Shown here: positions 37,383 through 51,086 of the stretch, in pieces
Layout of the letters: each line of letters starts with the position of its first letter
Numbering within the stretch: the stretch's first letter is position 1
Assembly: GCF_009914755.1 (NCBI RefSeq)
Contig: NC_060926.1
DNA from: the human T2T-CHM13v2.0 reference genome, Homo sapiens
Strand: one strand, 5' to 3'
DNA length: 64,000 nucleotides
Program-made: the position numbers and the translations under genes
The notes under the pieces: generated by a model
Seen by the model: the letters and a program-made list of their open reading frames with translations, nothing else
What the model was told of the DNA's origin: nothing
The model's database searches: none

Positions 37383-38114
37383 TAGTTTCCTCAGCACAGA
37401 AGTAACACAGTAAATCATAAAAGAAAAATTTGACCATATAAATATTTAGCACTTTCCATGGAAAACCCAAGGCAAGAAAGCAAAGGATAGACTGGGATGA
37501 ATGATAGAAAATTGCTCAACATATTTATTAAATAAAAAGTGGTCATATGAGAGCAGAAGAACATTGTAAACTTGACAGCTAAATCCCAAAGAATACAAGC
37601 AGATCATTCATGGGCAGGAAAATAGAACTAATCATCAAAATATGGGGAAAAACTCAGTGATTCTCACTTGTAATCACTGTTAGGTAAATAAAAACAACAA
37701 GGTGGCAACATTCTTTACTTTTAAAATTGAATTAACATTACGTATACATTACCCACTTCTAATCACAGTGTAGTGAAATCTGTACATTCATTGTGACTGT
37801 GTTGTGTGTTTTTTAAAGGAACTTGGAAATGTGTATAGCTTTTAAAAAATCATTTCCGTGGTCCAATAATCCCACTTATAAAATTCTAGTTTAAGGGAAT
37901 GTTCCCAAACATGGAAAAACATATATACAGGAAGATGATTACAAAAGAAGTTACGTGAAAACGTTAGAAAAAATGTCCAGCAGCTGGACTCTGGTATAGT
38001 CACTTAGTGGCACATTGTACACAGCAAGCAGTCATTATAACAATTAGAATGTAACATGAGAAAATATTGTTGAGTGAAACAAGTGGTGAGAAATTCTATG
38101 CAAGATAAGTGCAA

Positions 38115-38445
38115 TGTCTTAGTCCTTTGGGGCTGCTGTAACAGAAATGCCATAAACTAGCTGGCTTAAAACAATAAACATTTATATCTCACAGTTCTGG
38201 AGCCACTGACAAATTCGGTGCCTGGTGGGGGCCCATTCCTCATAGATGGTGCCTTCTCCCTGTGTGCTCACAGGGCAGAAGGGAGAAGAAATGCACTCCT
38301 GAGCTTCTTTTATAAGGGCACTGATCCCATTCATGAGGGTTCTACCCTCATGACCTAATCACTTCACAAAGGCCCACCTCCTAACACCATCACTTTAGAG
38401 ATTAGGTTTTAATACAGGAATTTTACACGGACACAGACCATGGCA
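38115..38445 (-). mobile_element. MaLR LTR, MLT1A0-like
   Basis: TGTCTTAGTCC...GGGCTGCTGTAACA ... TATAAGGGCACTGATCCCATTCATGAGGG ... CAGACCATGGCA. Confidence 0.8.
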
Positions 38446-38498
38446 CATAATGGACCATGAATGTAACATGTGTTTGGAAAAAAAGACTCAAAATGAAT

Positions 38499-38865
<367 letters not shown>

Positions 38866-39149
38866 TTATTTTCAAAAGTTTTGGTGTAAGGTTTATACCA
38901 CATTTAATTTTTAAAACAGACTAATATAATAGATTCCTTGAAAGGTGGAAATTAGGAGATGCTGGTTACTCAACCAATCAGAGCATGCGGGAGCGGAGAG
39001 AGGCCCCCACTCCCTACCATGACCACCCCCACACCTCCAACAAGGTTAAACATCTCGAGTGACCCTAAATCAATGCCTTTGGTCCATTCTATCTTCAGAT
39101 CCAATCTAATTGCTATAAAATTATTAATTCAAACTAGTTAAAAGATGCA

Positions 39150-39668
39150 TGTATGAACTTCCCATGGCTGCTGCAACAAATTACTGTGAATTTAGTGGCT
39201 TAAAACAATGGAAATCTACTATCCTACAGATGCGGAGGCCAGAAGTCTGACGTGGTTTTATGGGTCTTAAAACCATGATGTCAGCAGAGCTGTGTTCTCT
39301 CTAGAGGCTCTAGGGGAGCACTGGTTTCGCTGCCTCCTCCAGCCTCTAGGATTTCATCCTCTGAATTCCTTAGATCTTGTCCCTTCCTTCGTCTTTGAAG
39401 TCAGTGTATAGCATCCTTTCTCTGACTGTGCTTCCCTCTGCCTCCATCATCACATGACATTTTCTTCTTTCTGTGGTCAAATTCCTTCTACCTCCCTCTT
39501 AAAATGACACATGGGATTGCACTTAGGGCCCTCCTGGATCATCTGTCCATCTCAAGATCCTCAGCTTGATCACATCTGCAAAGACTCTTTCTCCATGTGG
39601 GGCAGTAGTCACAGGTTCCAGGAATCAGGACGTTAGTATTTCTGGGGACTGTTACTCAGCTTACCACA
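39150..39668 (-). mobile_element. MaLR LTR, MLT1D/E-like
   Basis: GGCTGCTGCAACAAATTAC...GGCTTAAAACAA ... CATCTCAAGATCCT ... ATCACATCTGCAAAGACT ... CTCAGCTTACCACA. Confidence 0.8.
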
Positions 39669-40475
39669 TGACCTTTCTATGTCTTCCAGCCACTGCGGAT
39701 GTGGAAGAAGGAAGACCTGTGCATGATATGTTCATTTTTCTTGATGATGGTGATGGTTTCTTGGGTGTATAAATATGTCAAAACTATCAAATTGCATAGT
39801 TTTTAAAGGTGCAACTTACAAAATGTTAATTCTCCCTCAACAGAGCTGTTAAAAAATAAAGCATAATTTCATGTTACACAATACACATTCTCTGAAAAAA
39901 TGTGACAATGTTCTTTTTGAATTCGTTTTGTATAATTTTATGGAGTTGGGGAAGTTGTTGGTATCGCTTCACATAAGAGTCTGCAGGAAGAGCAGATAAA
40001 AATCCAAAACTCAGGGGAGCCTTAATTAGTCTTTAACTGAACTTAATTCTCTTTGGAGGGTACAGTCCCCCAGGTGACAGACACTTAACCACCATGACTT
40101 TAATGTGCCCTTAGCAACACACACACACGCGCGCGCGTGCACACGTGCACACACACACTTTTCCTGAGGTTGATCGGCATGTGCAGGTCAGGGGAAGGCA
40201 CACAGGGCCCTCAGGGTGGTGACATCCATCAAAGCTGGCACTGCGGGGGTGTCCATCTTCCTGTGGATCCAGGTCACTGTGGAGCTTCACATCTTGCAGG
40301 GTCAGGCCATCCTTTACCAGTATCCATGCAGTCATCCTCCACTAGGTGAGCTAACGGACTGCTCCTGCACTCCTTTGGGCTATAGGGAGAATCTAGAAGC
40401 AATGAGAAGCTCCAGCTGATTGGCCACAGATGAAAGGGTTTTGCTGCTTTCTGGAGCTCCACCTAAGAAAAGTTG

Positions 40476-40526
40476 CTCAGGACCCCTTAAATCTCAGGAC
40501 CCCTCAAATCTCAGGACCCCTCGAAT
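40476..40526. repeat. 17-bp tandem repeat x3
   Basis: CTCAGGACCCCTTAAAT / CTCAGGACCCCTCAAAT / CTCAGGACCCCTCGAAT. Confidence 0.9.
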
Positions 40527-40971
40527 CCTTACACCTCTGTGGGATTCTCTTCTTCCCACTGGGGCATGCTTAGGAGAAGCATGGCAGAGTTTCTCACTAT
40601 CTTCTTGTTCCCTTCTATTTGCTGGAACAGGAAGCCACCAAAGAAACTTCCAAATCTAGTGGGTTTGTCCAGAATTGCCTCAGATTTCAGTACTGTGCTC
40701 GGTGTCCTGCTGTGCCACCCTTCCAGGGACCATGATGTGGAGTGCCCTGCATGCAGAATGAGGCTACAGGGAAATGTGGAAAGGGATGGGGAAGCTTGGT
40801 TAGAGCTTCCCAAGACTCACCTTATCATGAGTCAGTTGTGTGCACCTGCTCGTCTGTGCCTCCTCTTACACTACACAACAGATTAATTTGACCTCAGCAG
40901 CTTACAGAGCAAAGGTCCATGAAGAATAAACTATTTATCCATTGATCTCTGGCATAAAGATTTCCATGAAA

Positions 40972-41303
40972 GGCCAGACGCAGTGGCTTATGCCTCTAAT
41001 CCCAGCACTTTGGGAGGCTGAGGCCAGCAGATCACTTGAGGTCAGGAGTTCAAGACCAGCCTGGCCAACATGATGAAACCCTGTCTCTACTAAAAATACA
41101 AAAATTAGCAGGGCATGGTGGCAGGTGCCTGTAATCCCAGCTGCACAGGAGGCTGAGGCACAAGAATCACTTGAACCCAGGAGACAGAGGTTGCAGTGAG
41201 CTGAGATCCTGCCACTGCACTCCAGCCTGGGTGAGAGTGCAGAATCAGTCTCAAAAAAATAAAAATAAAAAACAAAAACAAACCAAAACAAAAAATAAAT
41301 AAT
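40972..41303 (+). mobile_element. AluS
   Basis: Full Alu with mixed A-rich tail; degenerate TSD AAAGAT.T.CATGAAA. Confidence 0.95.
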
Positions 41304-41848
41304 AAAGATCTGCATGAAAGACAAACTTCAGAAATACTGAGCACAGGACATTCAGTATAAAAGAGTTTGATAAATATAAATATATCCTAGATTGCACCCT
41401 AAATACTATTTCAGTTACAAAAAAATACCAAAAAAAGTTAATTCTCTGTTTTGGCAATGCTGAAAATTTGAAGTTGGTTATGTCACATTTACTTTAAAAA
41501 AATACAGTTGTATTAAATAAAAATATTTGTTGTTATAAATATTTTTAAATTTGAAAATAGGAAGCGGAGATGCTTAGGAATCACACGAGACATAAATAGA
41601 GCAGCCCAGATTCAGCAGCTCATCCAAACTCTCTGTCTGCCTTCTGCTTGCTGTCACTCCCTTTCACATGGTTCTGCCCTTTCATCCTCTCTTGAGTTTT
41701 CCTCCTAACCTTTTTCCTTAAGCTTTGTCAGCCAGATTTCATTCAAAGTAGAATGATAAACTCCTGGAGCTTATGACAAGGGAATAGGAGAGCCCAGTAA
41801 CTCCTATGCACTGACAGAGTTGAGAAGTCCAAAGTCATTCATTTATTT

Positions 41849-41936
41849 GCATGTTTATAGCAGCACAATTTGCAGTTTGCAAAAATATGGAACCGCCCAA
41901 ATGCCCATCAATCAACGAGTGAATAAAGAAAATATG

Positions 41937-42000
<64 letters not shown>

Positions 42001-42346
42001 CATGGGATACTACTCAGACATAAACAAGAATGAAATATTGGCATTTGCAGCAATCTGGATGGGGGTGGAGACCATTATTCTAAGTGAAGTAACTCAGGAA
42101 TGGAAAACCAAACATCGTATGAGCTAACCTATGAGGACACAAAGGCATAAGAATGATACAATCGACTTTGAAGACGTCGGGGAAAGGGTGGGAAGGGGGT
42201 GAGGGATAAAAGACTACAAATTGGGTACAGTGTACACTGCTCGGGTGATGGATGCACAAAAATCTCAGAAATCACCACTAAAGAGCTTATCCATGTAACC
42301 AGACACCACTTGCTCCCCAAAAACCCATTGAAATAAAAAAAAAAAA
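41849..42346 (+). mobile_element. L1PB1/2-like 3' end containing (TA)24
   Basis: GAAGTAACTCAGGAATGGAAAACCAAACATCGTATG ... CAAAGGCATAAGAATGATACAAT ... AATCACCACTAAAGA; poly-A. Confidence 0.88.
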
Positions 42347-43571
42347 TGTGTGTTTGAAGAGCTACTTGAAGAAGAATCCTAGCAATCTTGTTGCTTCATA
42401 TGGAAGATTTGATAGAGGATACGCTGCCAATTGTTTGTGTTATAAGCAGCTAATTACCATATTTCAGAATTTCCCTCATTCTTGGTCAAGAATGATTTCT
42501 AAAGACTTTAAAAGAGTGTTTAAGATGGACAAGAAGGACCCATTAACTTGCCCCAATTTTTAGTCTTAAGTTTAAAGTAATAAAAGTTTACATATTGGGG
42601 CTGAAATTAGTTGCACGTCTTTAGTTAATGCATAGAGCCTTAAAATAGTTCTTGACATAAGTCTTTCCACTCCCTGTAATCTGTTCTGAGGGGAGGCAGG
42701 GCAGCTCGAATCTTAGGGGATCAAATTGCTACTGCCACTACAGTCACCAGCATTCCCACAGAATTCCAAAAGCTCTGGCAGTTAGGTTTCATTAAGTCTA
42801 GTAATGACTGCAACACTGATGTAACTTTGAGAAAGAGAGGTCTTCACTTGGAGTAAGCCTAGGACCACACATCTGCACTGTGTGGTAATGCTAATCAAGG
42901 AGAAGCGAAGCCTTTTCTTGTTCTTTGTTGCTAGTCTTAACGGGGTGACATTTCATCTTGCATCTTGTCCCCAAATGGAGATTATCATCGCCTCTTGTCT
43001 ACTCTGCATTTCAGGATATGAGTTAATTTATCATACCAGTCTTTCCATGTAAATATGCATTTTTCAAACATATATCCAGTCCTTTATTTAACCCCATCAT
43101 GCAGATGCTATTTTTATTAGCAATGGCAACTGACAGGTGATAGAGCTTTGCCCAGGTGGTGTTTCTTGCAGCTGCTGCTGAAGCAGGAACCTGGGCCATA
43201 CAGAGATCTTGTCACTGTCAGCTGCTGCTTTCAGTAGCAGCTGAAGCAAGCACAGGACTGAAATCTGGGTGCACACCAATTAGCAAGCTCTAGAAACTAC
43301 CGAGGCAGCTAGTTAGGGCTGCGAAGGCTTAGCTGCAGGATACCTGCTGCATGTCAACCCTCATTTGTGGAAAGAATTCTTTTAACCTTAAAAAGTCATT
43401 GTATGTGCAGTGAGGCATGGTAACGATCTAACAGGTAGGGACAAGGTATGATTAGAGAGGCAGAGAGGTGCTCTAGGCATCTCATAGCATGCCTTGCAAT
43501 TTCCACAGAGCAGAGTTTGGCTCTCGATTTCCAGTTCCTGTGGGACACACAGTAAGACTTGCAGGTGCCTG

Positions 43572-43746
43572 TTAGCTGGGCGTGGTGGCACATGCCTGTA
43601 GTCCCAGCTACTCGGGAGGCTGAGGCAGAAGTATTGCTTGAACCTGGGAGACGGAGGTTGCAGTGAGCCGAGATCATGCCACTTCACTCCAGCCTGGGGG
43701 ACAGAGCGAGATTCTGTCTCAAAAAAAAAAAAAAAAAAAAAAAAAA
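43572..43746 (+). mobile_element. Right-arm-only (5'-truncated) Alu with perfect 18-bp TSD
   Basis: TTAGCTGGGCGTGGTGG...A28; AAGACTTGCAGGTGCCTG at 43554-43571 and 43747-43764. Confidence 0.93.
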
Positions 43747-44014
43747 AAGACTTGCAGGTGCCTGATGACAAGAGAGCTGGACCCTTCATCACTGCCACCA
43801 CCACCTTCCTGATCGACTTGGATGGTTACAAAATGCTGGCAGAATCAGCATAAGGGAGCTGTACTTCCTTCTCATTTCAGGAACAGATGAATGCCAGCCA
43901 TCTAGGCCTACTGTGTGGTTCAGGGCTTACTTAGGTTACTGAGAGGTAGGAAGTGGACTGACTGGGCTAACAGGGACTGAGGGAGAGGCATGAGGTTTCT
44001 TCATAACATCTCAT

Positions 44015-45000
44015 GGTAGCTGATCTCTGAGATGACCTCCAAACATCCACACCACCTGGGCTGAATGCCCTTGTGTAATCCACTCCCTGTGAGTGTGGGT
44101 TGGGCCTCAATACTTGCTTCTAACACATTGTATTAGTCTGATTTCATGCTGCTATAAAGAAATACCCGAGACTGGGTAATTTGTAGAGGGAAGAGATTTA
44201 ATTGACTCACAGTTCCACATGGTTGGGGAGGCATCAGGAAACTTACAGTCTTGGCCAAGGGCAAACAGGAAGCATGCACCTTCTTCACAAGGTGGCAGGA
44301 GAGAGAAAAACGAAGGAGGAACTTCCAAACACTTATAAAACTAACAGATCTCGTGAGAATTCACTCACTATCATGAGAACAGCATGGGGAAACCACCCCC
44401 ATGATCCGATCACCTCCCTCCCTTGACACATGAAGATTAGAGGTCCCTCCCTGGATAAGTGGGGATTACAATTCGAGATGAGATTTGGGAGGGGGCACAG
44501 AGCCAAACCATATCACACATAGAATATGAAAAAAGTGATAGGATGTCATTTTCACGATTAGGGTACAAAACATCTTTGACATCTGTCTCGGATACCCTGG
44601 CTTGGTCTTTTCCTTGGTCATTCTGAGCTGCCATGACCATGCCATGTTTTGAGCTGGTCCATGGAGAGGGCCGCAGGGAAAGGAGCTGAGGGAGGCCTCC
44701 AGACAACAGCCAGTGAGGAACTGAGGCCCCCAGCACAACAGGCTGTATGGAAGCAAATTTTGCTAACAATCAGCTGTGTGAGCTTGAAAGCAAGTCCTCT
44801 TCCTTCAGTGGAGCCTTCGGATGAGACCACAACCATGGCCAACAGCAGGATAGTAATCTCATGGAGATCTTGACTCAGAGGCTCTCAGCTAGGCTGTACC
44901 AGGAATTCTGACCCATGCAAACTGTGAGATACTACATGTGTATCACTTTAAACACTAATATTTAAAGTAATTTGTTGTATAGCAAGGGATAGCTAATACA
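44015..45000 (+). mobile_element. MaLR LTR, MLT1F/G-like, interrupted by THE1D
   Basis: CCCTTGTGTAATCCACTCCC ... TTGCTTCTAA[THE1]ATAGAATATG ... CAGCCAGTGAGGAACTGAGGCC ... GCTAATACA. Confidence 0.78.
44129..44515 (-). mobile_element. THE1D-like solo LTR
   Basis: TGTATTAGTC...CCAAACCATATCA; perfect 5-bp TSD CACAT at 44124-44128 and 44516-44520. Confidence 0.88.
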
Positions 45001-45180
45001 CACCCTGGGGGCAGAAAGCCGTGATCAGGAATACAGGGTATTTCAATTGTGTGATACAAGGTTTCTCTAGAATCTTTTCATCTCACAGATATTTTCATTT
45101 TGCAGCAGAAAAGACTAAAATATTGTCCCAGTCAATAATTCTAAAGGTTTACTCCATTAAAAGCTTTCTGTGAGGGTTAA

Positions 45181-45544
<364 letters not shown>

Positions 45545-45897
45545 TAAATTTCTCCATTCATCTTTCAGCAAAAGTATAGATGAGCAGTGAACTAGACTCA
45601 CAGCAACTAGCTTGAGGGAAGGGAAGTGAGGAATCACAAACTGGGCGATCCAAGAAGCTGGTACCTCTGATTCAGTGATGGTGGATGGCACCTGGATGGC
45701 ATCAGAGAAGGTAAAGCTGAACTACAAGACAGGAACAGGTGTGTGTGTGTGTGCGCGCGTGCACACGTGCATTTTTGGGATATTTGTCTAATTTAGGTAA
45801 TATTTCAGTCTTTTGGAAAATGTAGAAATTTGTTTCAAGTTCAAATTAGAGGAGTCAAGTCTTCAAAAAATGAAAGAACCTTAAAAATCAATTGGTC

Positions 45898-48012
45898 CAG
45901 GGATTTTCAAAATATATTTTACCCACAGAAGCTTTTTACAGAAACAAAACTGTAAGTAGAATTCCAATAAGCAAAACATAAAATCTTGTATTTTATTAGC
46001 ATAAATGTATTTTATACCTTCAAATTCATAACATTTACTCATAAAGCAATTAATTGAGAACAGTAATATGAATACATCATTTAGAGATTGGGACTTAACA
46101 GACGTCAGATACAGTCTTATGGCCCCTTCAGTGTGGTTGTACAGTATAGAAATGATTGTGATTCATCAAGACAAGTAGTTCCAAATAGTAAAAGTTTTAA
46201 AAATAGCATATCTTGCAATCTAGGATATCTGTCAATTAAACGAATTCAGAAACTTGATACAGAAATAGGCAAATTATATCTAACAATATCAAATAAACAT
46301 CATTATTTCTTAATACTTGTTAAATCTGAAGTAAAATACTTGTTTTAATCATTGCTGGGCAAAAGATAATTTTCAAATATACCTTTTGACAAAAAATATT
46401 TTACAAACATTAATTTTTCAAAAATCAGATAGAGTTATATACAGTTCTTTGTCAGATAATAATCTGAATAGTCTAATTTGCTTTGTTTTGCATGTTGTGT
46501 CCCAACTTTAGCTTTCATATTCACTGCTGACACTTTAGCTGTAATTTTAGACCTGGTGACATAGGGGCCTTACATTGCCAAATTTAGTTCTTTAAAAATA
46601 TCACTAAGATATGCAAAGGAATGCAATCATGCTATATTTGAGAGTTTTAGCTAAAGATGCTTCTACTACACAATAGTAATTTTCTGTCTCATTTGAAGTA
46701 GTCACACTGATGCCTTGCTGCTGTATCACCAGTGAACTTCAATATGAAAAGTAAATGCTGGAATTCACCCCATTTATCACTGTAAATAACTGAAAAGTTT
46801 CCAATGTGAAGACAATCCTTTAATAGAGTTGTCAATTTGTATGACATTATCAAACACTTAAAACACAAAGTGGCCTTCTTTGTAACAGGCAGTGCTTATT
46901 ATGCAAATACACTGCCTGCACACATACTGGCAATACTTTTATGTGAATTGTTTTTCTATCACTGCTGTCACCCATTATAGAGACATTGTTACATTTTTCT
47001 AAAGTTGTTTCTGGTGTTATTGGAGTTCTAACCAGTTAAAATGTTCTCTTAATAGGTCTGTGGTGAGTGTTTTATAAAGTGATAAATATCCCTTTCTTGC
47101 CTGCAAGAATATATACAAATACAATCAGAATGGGGAAATTACCAACATCCACACACTCATCTACTTGAAATTTAAAGATTTTACTAATCTCAGTCTTTCA
47201 GCAAATTATTTAAGAACCTTGGATCTTCACTCTTAGACTCTATTTTAGACTATGTTGGTGGACAATGGTGATTACTGTGTTGTGTAAACCTCCTCTCAGT
47301 CCACTTTTTATAGGTGACTCCAATGACACAGGATTCAGGGATATTTTCTGAACATTAAGTAGTGTGAAGGGTCTGAGACTTTACCCAACTTGTAAGCTAA
47401 ACATTTAGCTTGCCATAGTTTTGTGAATGCTACACAGAAGACACGAGATTCCTGGGTCAGAGACAAAGAGCTTTAGTACTCACAGCACAGCAAGTAGCAT
47501 GAGCTTCATGTCCACTGTGGTTTCCTCTGCCTCCTAAGTCCCATGGGAATAACATGCAGACACCCAGAGAGATACTGGGCACACAGTGTGTTTACATCAC
47601 TCCTGAGGAACCCAGAGCTCAGGGAACTTCAATATCTTATAATCAGCTATAGGCAAACAAACCTGCTCACCATTGCACTGGACAGAAAAATTATCTTTAT
47701 TACACTGAAAAGCAAACAAACTTATTGCTACATTGGGAGACACAGTCTCTATTCTCCAAGGCTCTTTGCTATACAACATCTTTGAAAAGACAATCTGAGA
47801 CCAAGGTTGCCTGTATAGAGACCAAGATGTGCAGAAATGTGAGACACCCATGGAGAACTGTTCCTCAATACCCATCGGATTTCTCCCCTTCACCTGCAAT
47901 TTCACAACTTAATTTGTATGATTCTATAAGTGCCTTTTCAATTTCAGATTTCACTCTTCTCTGGAGAATCTTTCAAGTACTTCATGGGAATCTCACATTT
48001 TGAAAATCACTG
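45898..48012 (-). mobile_element. hAT-Charlie DNA transposon fossil with both TIRs and transposase remnants, interrupted by an LTR
   Basis: TIRs CAGGGATTTTCAAAAT (45898) and revcomp CAGTGATTTTCAAAAT (ends 48012), 15/16 match; minus-strand translation near 46570-46620 gives FAYLSDIFKELNLAM*G, like the Charlie/Buster LAYLxDIF..LNxLNxxLQG block. Confidence 0.72.
47363..47870 (-). mobile_element. ERVL-class solo LTR, LTR47-like
   Basis: TGTGAAGGGTCTGAGACTTTACCC ... TGGGTCAGAGACAAAG ... CAAGATGTGCAGAAATGTGAGACACCCATGGAGAA. Confidence 0.6.
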
Positions 48013-48224
48013 TTTTAGTACAAGCCCTTATTTTACAATAAGGAAACAGAGGTACAAAAAAGAAGTTAAGTGCCTTGTCCAGGTTACAGGTATTTAAGAG
48101 TCAACTCCAGGTAATGAAATTATAAATCTAAGAAGTAAGAAGATAACAGCCAAAATGTCCTCTTCTTTTAGCTAGAAATAAGCTATTTAAAGTGTGCAAG
48201 GGTAAATGACTTTCTAGGGCACCT

Positions 48225-48640
48225 TAATGTGGGTTCCTTTATACGCAATCTTTGAGACAAGGATTGGAGTACAAGAATGTCATTTGGAAAGGAAGACAAT
48301 ATAAGGTTTGTTATGAAGGAAGTTATTATTGAGGATACCTGAGGCTTAACCTCACTGGAGAGCTCTGGGACCTACTACAGTGTAGGCATCCCAGAGTTAT
48401 AAGAGAGGGAGGAGCCAGGTTATTTATCAGCTAGTTCCCATCAGTCGTTGGTTGAGGCAACTCTAGGAGGTATAAATGTCCTAGTGCTCCTGCCTTGCCC
48501 TGCCTTTGGGTAGAACAGGCTGTGTTGGGCAGAGAGGGCCTGAAGGTAACGTGTTGCAGGTGGGGGCAGTTGGAAGTTAGGTCTGTGTGCAGGGAATGGT
48601 ACATTCCAAGGGGATATGGCCAGGCACCAGCTACACCTGC
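48225..48640 (-). mobile_element. ERVL LTR16-like
   Basis: TGAGACAAGGATTGGAGTACAAG ... TATTTATCAGCTAGTTCCCATCAGTCGTTGGTTGAGG. Confidence 0.55.
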
Positions 48641-49900
48641 TCCACTAGGCAGGGACCCCCCCCACCACTTAAGACTTAAAAAACATTTGAGTGAATCTTC
48701 CTTAGTCTAATTCTTCATCTCTGCATTCAGGTGAAGGTCTTCACATCTGATAGTGACACATGTGGATGGAGTCAAGATGGCTTTTTAATGAAACGGGATT
48801 ACAAGAAGCAGGCAAAGAATACAGAAAGTGTTGATCAAGGTGAGGAAGGAAAACCAGCTGATTGGAATGAGGCATATAGGCAGGAGAAGAGAGTAAGATA
48901 GAAAAGAGGAAGTACGGGACAAGAATAGCTAGAACAAAAGAATTGATGGCATGGTCAATTCCAGTTAAGGAAGCTATTCTAGGGTTGAGGGGGCTGTGGA
49001 CAGGAAGCAGATTACAGATTCTGTTCTTAGGTCCTGTCCGAGGAGACTCTGCTGAGTGAGAAATGTCTCTTTGTTACCGATGAGAACAAAGACTCCAACA
49101 TTTTCAGGAGGAGGATGCCTTTTACAGAAACATATTTTTTTGAAGATCTTCATGTGTTTGTGATTGTATGTAGTTGAAATCTCCTTTGATTAAAAAGCAT
49201 ATGGATAAAAGCTACAATGAATTCAGTAACACTGCAAAATGAGTTTGTGTTTTATTCATCATCACAGCATTGCCTATATTTGAAAAATAGTAGTGTATGC
49301 ATGTGCAAAATGTGAGCTTTGTGCAGACCCCAGGCTGGGAGAGTGCACTGGTTCTGGGACCCACCAAGTGACCCTCCTGTGAGGACGGGCGACGATCTGA
49401 AGTCACGAGGGAGGAGCCTGAAAAATTTTCCCCCAAACTGCTTTAGAGATGTGCCAAGAAAACATTACGCAAGGCCCGGAGACAAACTCCCCTGAGTAAT
49501 CTGTCTCCTGAATTTCCTTCCATCAGTCAAGATTAGTCGTGCACCCACATGTCTTTGTGTAGAACAATGACAATGGGGGAACAGAAAAAAACTGGGTGCA
49601 GAGAAACCAAAACTCTTGAGTCCATATGTGCATTCTTTTAAGAAAAAATGCTGCCCTTCCACCTCCCAACTTTACTCTGGGGTGGTGTAATGCAAGGCTG
49701 TGGGTTATCTGCCTTGGGATGCTCGGTGGCATTTTCTGCTGTGAAGAACCCCTGCTTCGTCAAACCAGGGGTGTGTGTGTGTGTGTGTGTGTGTGTGCAT
49801 GCGTGTGTGTATTCTTTATAACAACTTTAGACACATGCTGTCTTAATTTGGGTTCCAACCCTGAAATAAGGATTTGGGTATAAGTAATTCAGTTGGCCGG

Positions 49901-50279
49901 TGTTATGGACAAATTGTGCCCCCTTTCCCATTCAGATGTTGGAGCCCTGACCCTCAATGTGAGTGTATTTGGAGATAGAGCCTTTAAATAGGTAAACAAA
50001 GTTACATGAAGTCATAAAGGTGAGGGCCCCTAATATAATAGGACTGATGTCATTACAAGGTGAAGACACCAGGGATGTGCATGCACAGAAGAAAGACTAT
50101 GTGAGGACATGGCAAGAAGTTGACCATCTGCAAGCCAAGGATAGAGGTCTGTGGAAACCAGACCTACGGGCACCTTGATCTTAGACTTTCAGCCTTCAAA
50201 ACTGTGAGACGATAAATGTCTGTCATTTAACCCCTTGATCTGTAGGTCTTTTTTCTGGCAGCCTAAGCAGGCTAATACA
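49901..50279 (+). mobile_element. MaLR LTR MLT1A/B-like, nested in an LTR16-like remnant (~49845-50680)
   Basis: TGTTATGGAC ... GTATTTGGAGATAGAGCCTTTAA ... CCATCTGCAAGCCAAGG ... GCTAATACA. Confidence 0.82.
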
Positions 50280-50958
50280 GTAGTTGTCCCAAGAGGCACA
50301 GGGAGTGCACAAGATGTGAGATGGGGAAGGAAGGAAGGTCACCAGTGGGTCCCAGCTTTGGACAGCTGGGGCAGTCTCACTGGGGAGTTTCCGGGAGACT
50401 GTATGGAACACACCACAGCATTGTCCCTCCAAGAGGAGAGAATGCTGGGCACTTATGAACAGATGCACATTGGGGTGTTCAGGAACGGTTGCTCCCTGGC
50501 ACTGCTGCCCTGCCCCTACCTAAGGGCCAAGCACACGCCTATAGCCAGAGAAAGCCCCCAGCGAGAGCAACCCAGGGCTTGAGAGAGGAAGGCATCGGTG
50601 TATAAGGAAGTGGGAGCCCTGTCCAACAAAGCTGCTGGTGACCCCTAGGGAGGATGTCAGGCAGGCACTGACAGCACCTGCTACATACTTAATCTGCATT
50701 AAACAGTCATATCTACTTTTAAATTATGTTGGTGTTTATCAAATTAGTACAGGTTTTAGACTAATTTCTTCAACAGCAACACATTTCCCCCCTCCCTGCT
50801 TATACTGACTGGATAGGAGAAATAATTTATTGAAGTGAGACCTGCTTGTTTTCACTTTACCTTGGAACCAATCTTTGAATAACATAGAAATCTAGAGGTT
50901 TTGAGGTCTAAGGCAAACCACACTAGGAATGTGTGTATATTATTGAAATCAGGCTTAA

Positions 50959-51086
50959 CCCATTTATGCCTAGTGCTTCATTATTGGAAAGCTAAGCTTG
51001 TGGGCATTATTTATATCCTGTTGTTCAAGGTCATTGCCAAAGTCTGATTTTTTACAAAAAAAATTGCAACCCCAGGCATAAATGGG
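50959..51086 (+). mobile_element. MER85 (piggyBac/PGBD3-derived MITE)
   Basis: Perfect 13-bp TIRs CCCATTTATGCCT / AGGCATAAATGGG, TTAA TSD on both sides (50955-50958, 51087-51090), internal TTATTTATATCCT..CAAGGTCAT.GCCAA. Confidence 0.92.

Noticed and set aside
40476-40526. CRISPR-like array
   Set aside because: Contiguous tandem units without spacers, in eukaryotic DNA with no cas genes.
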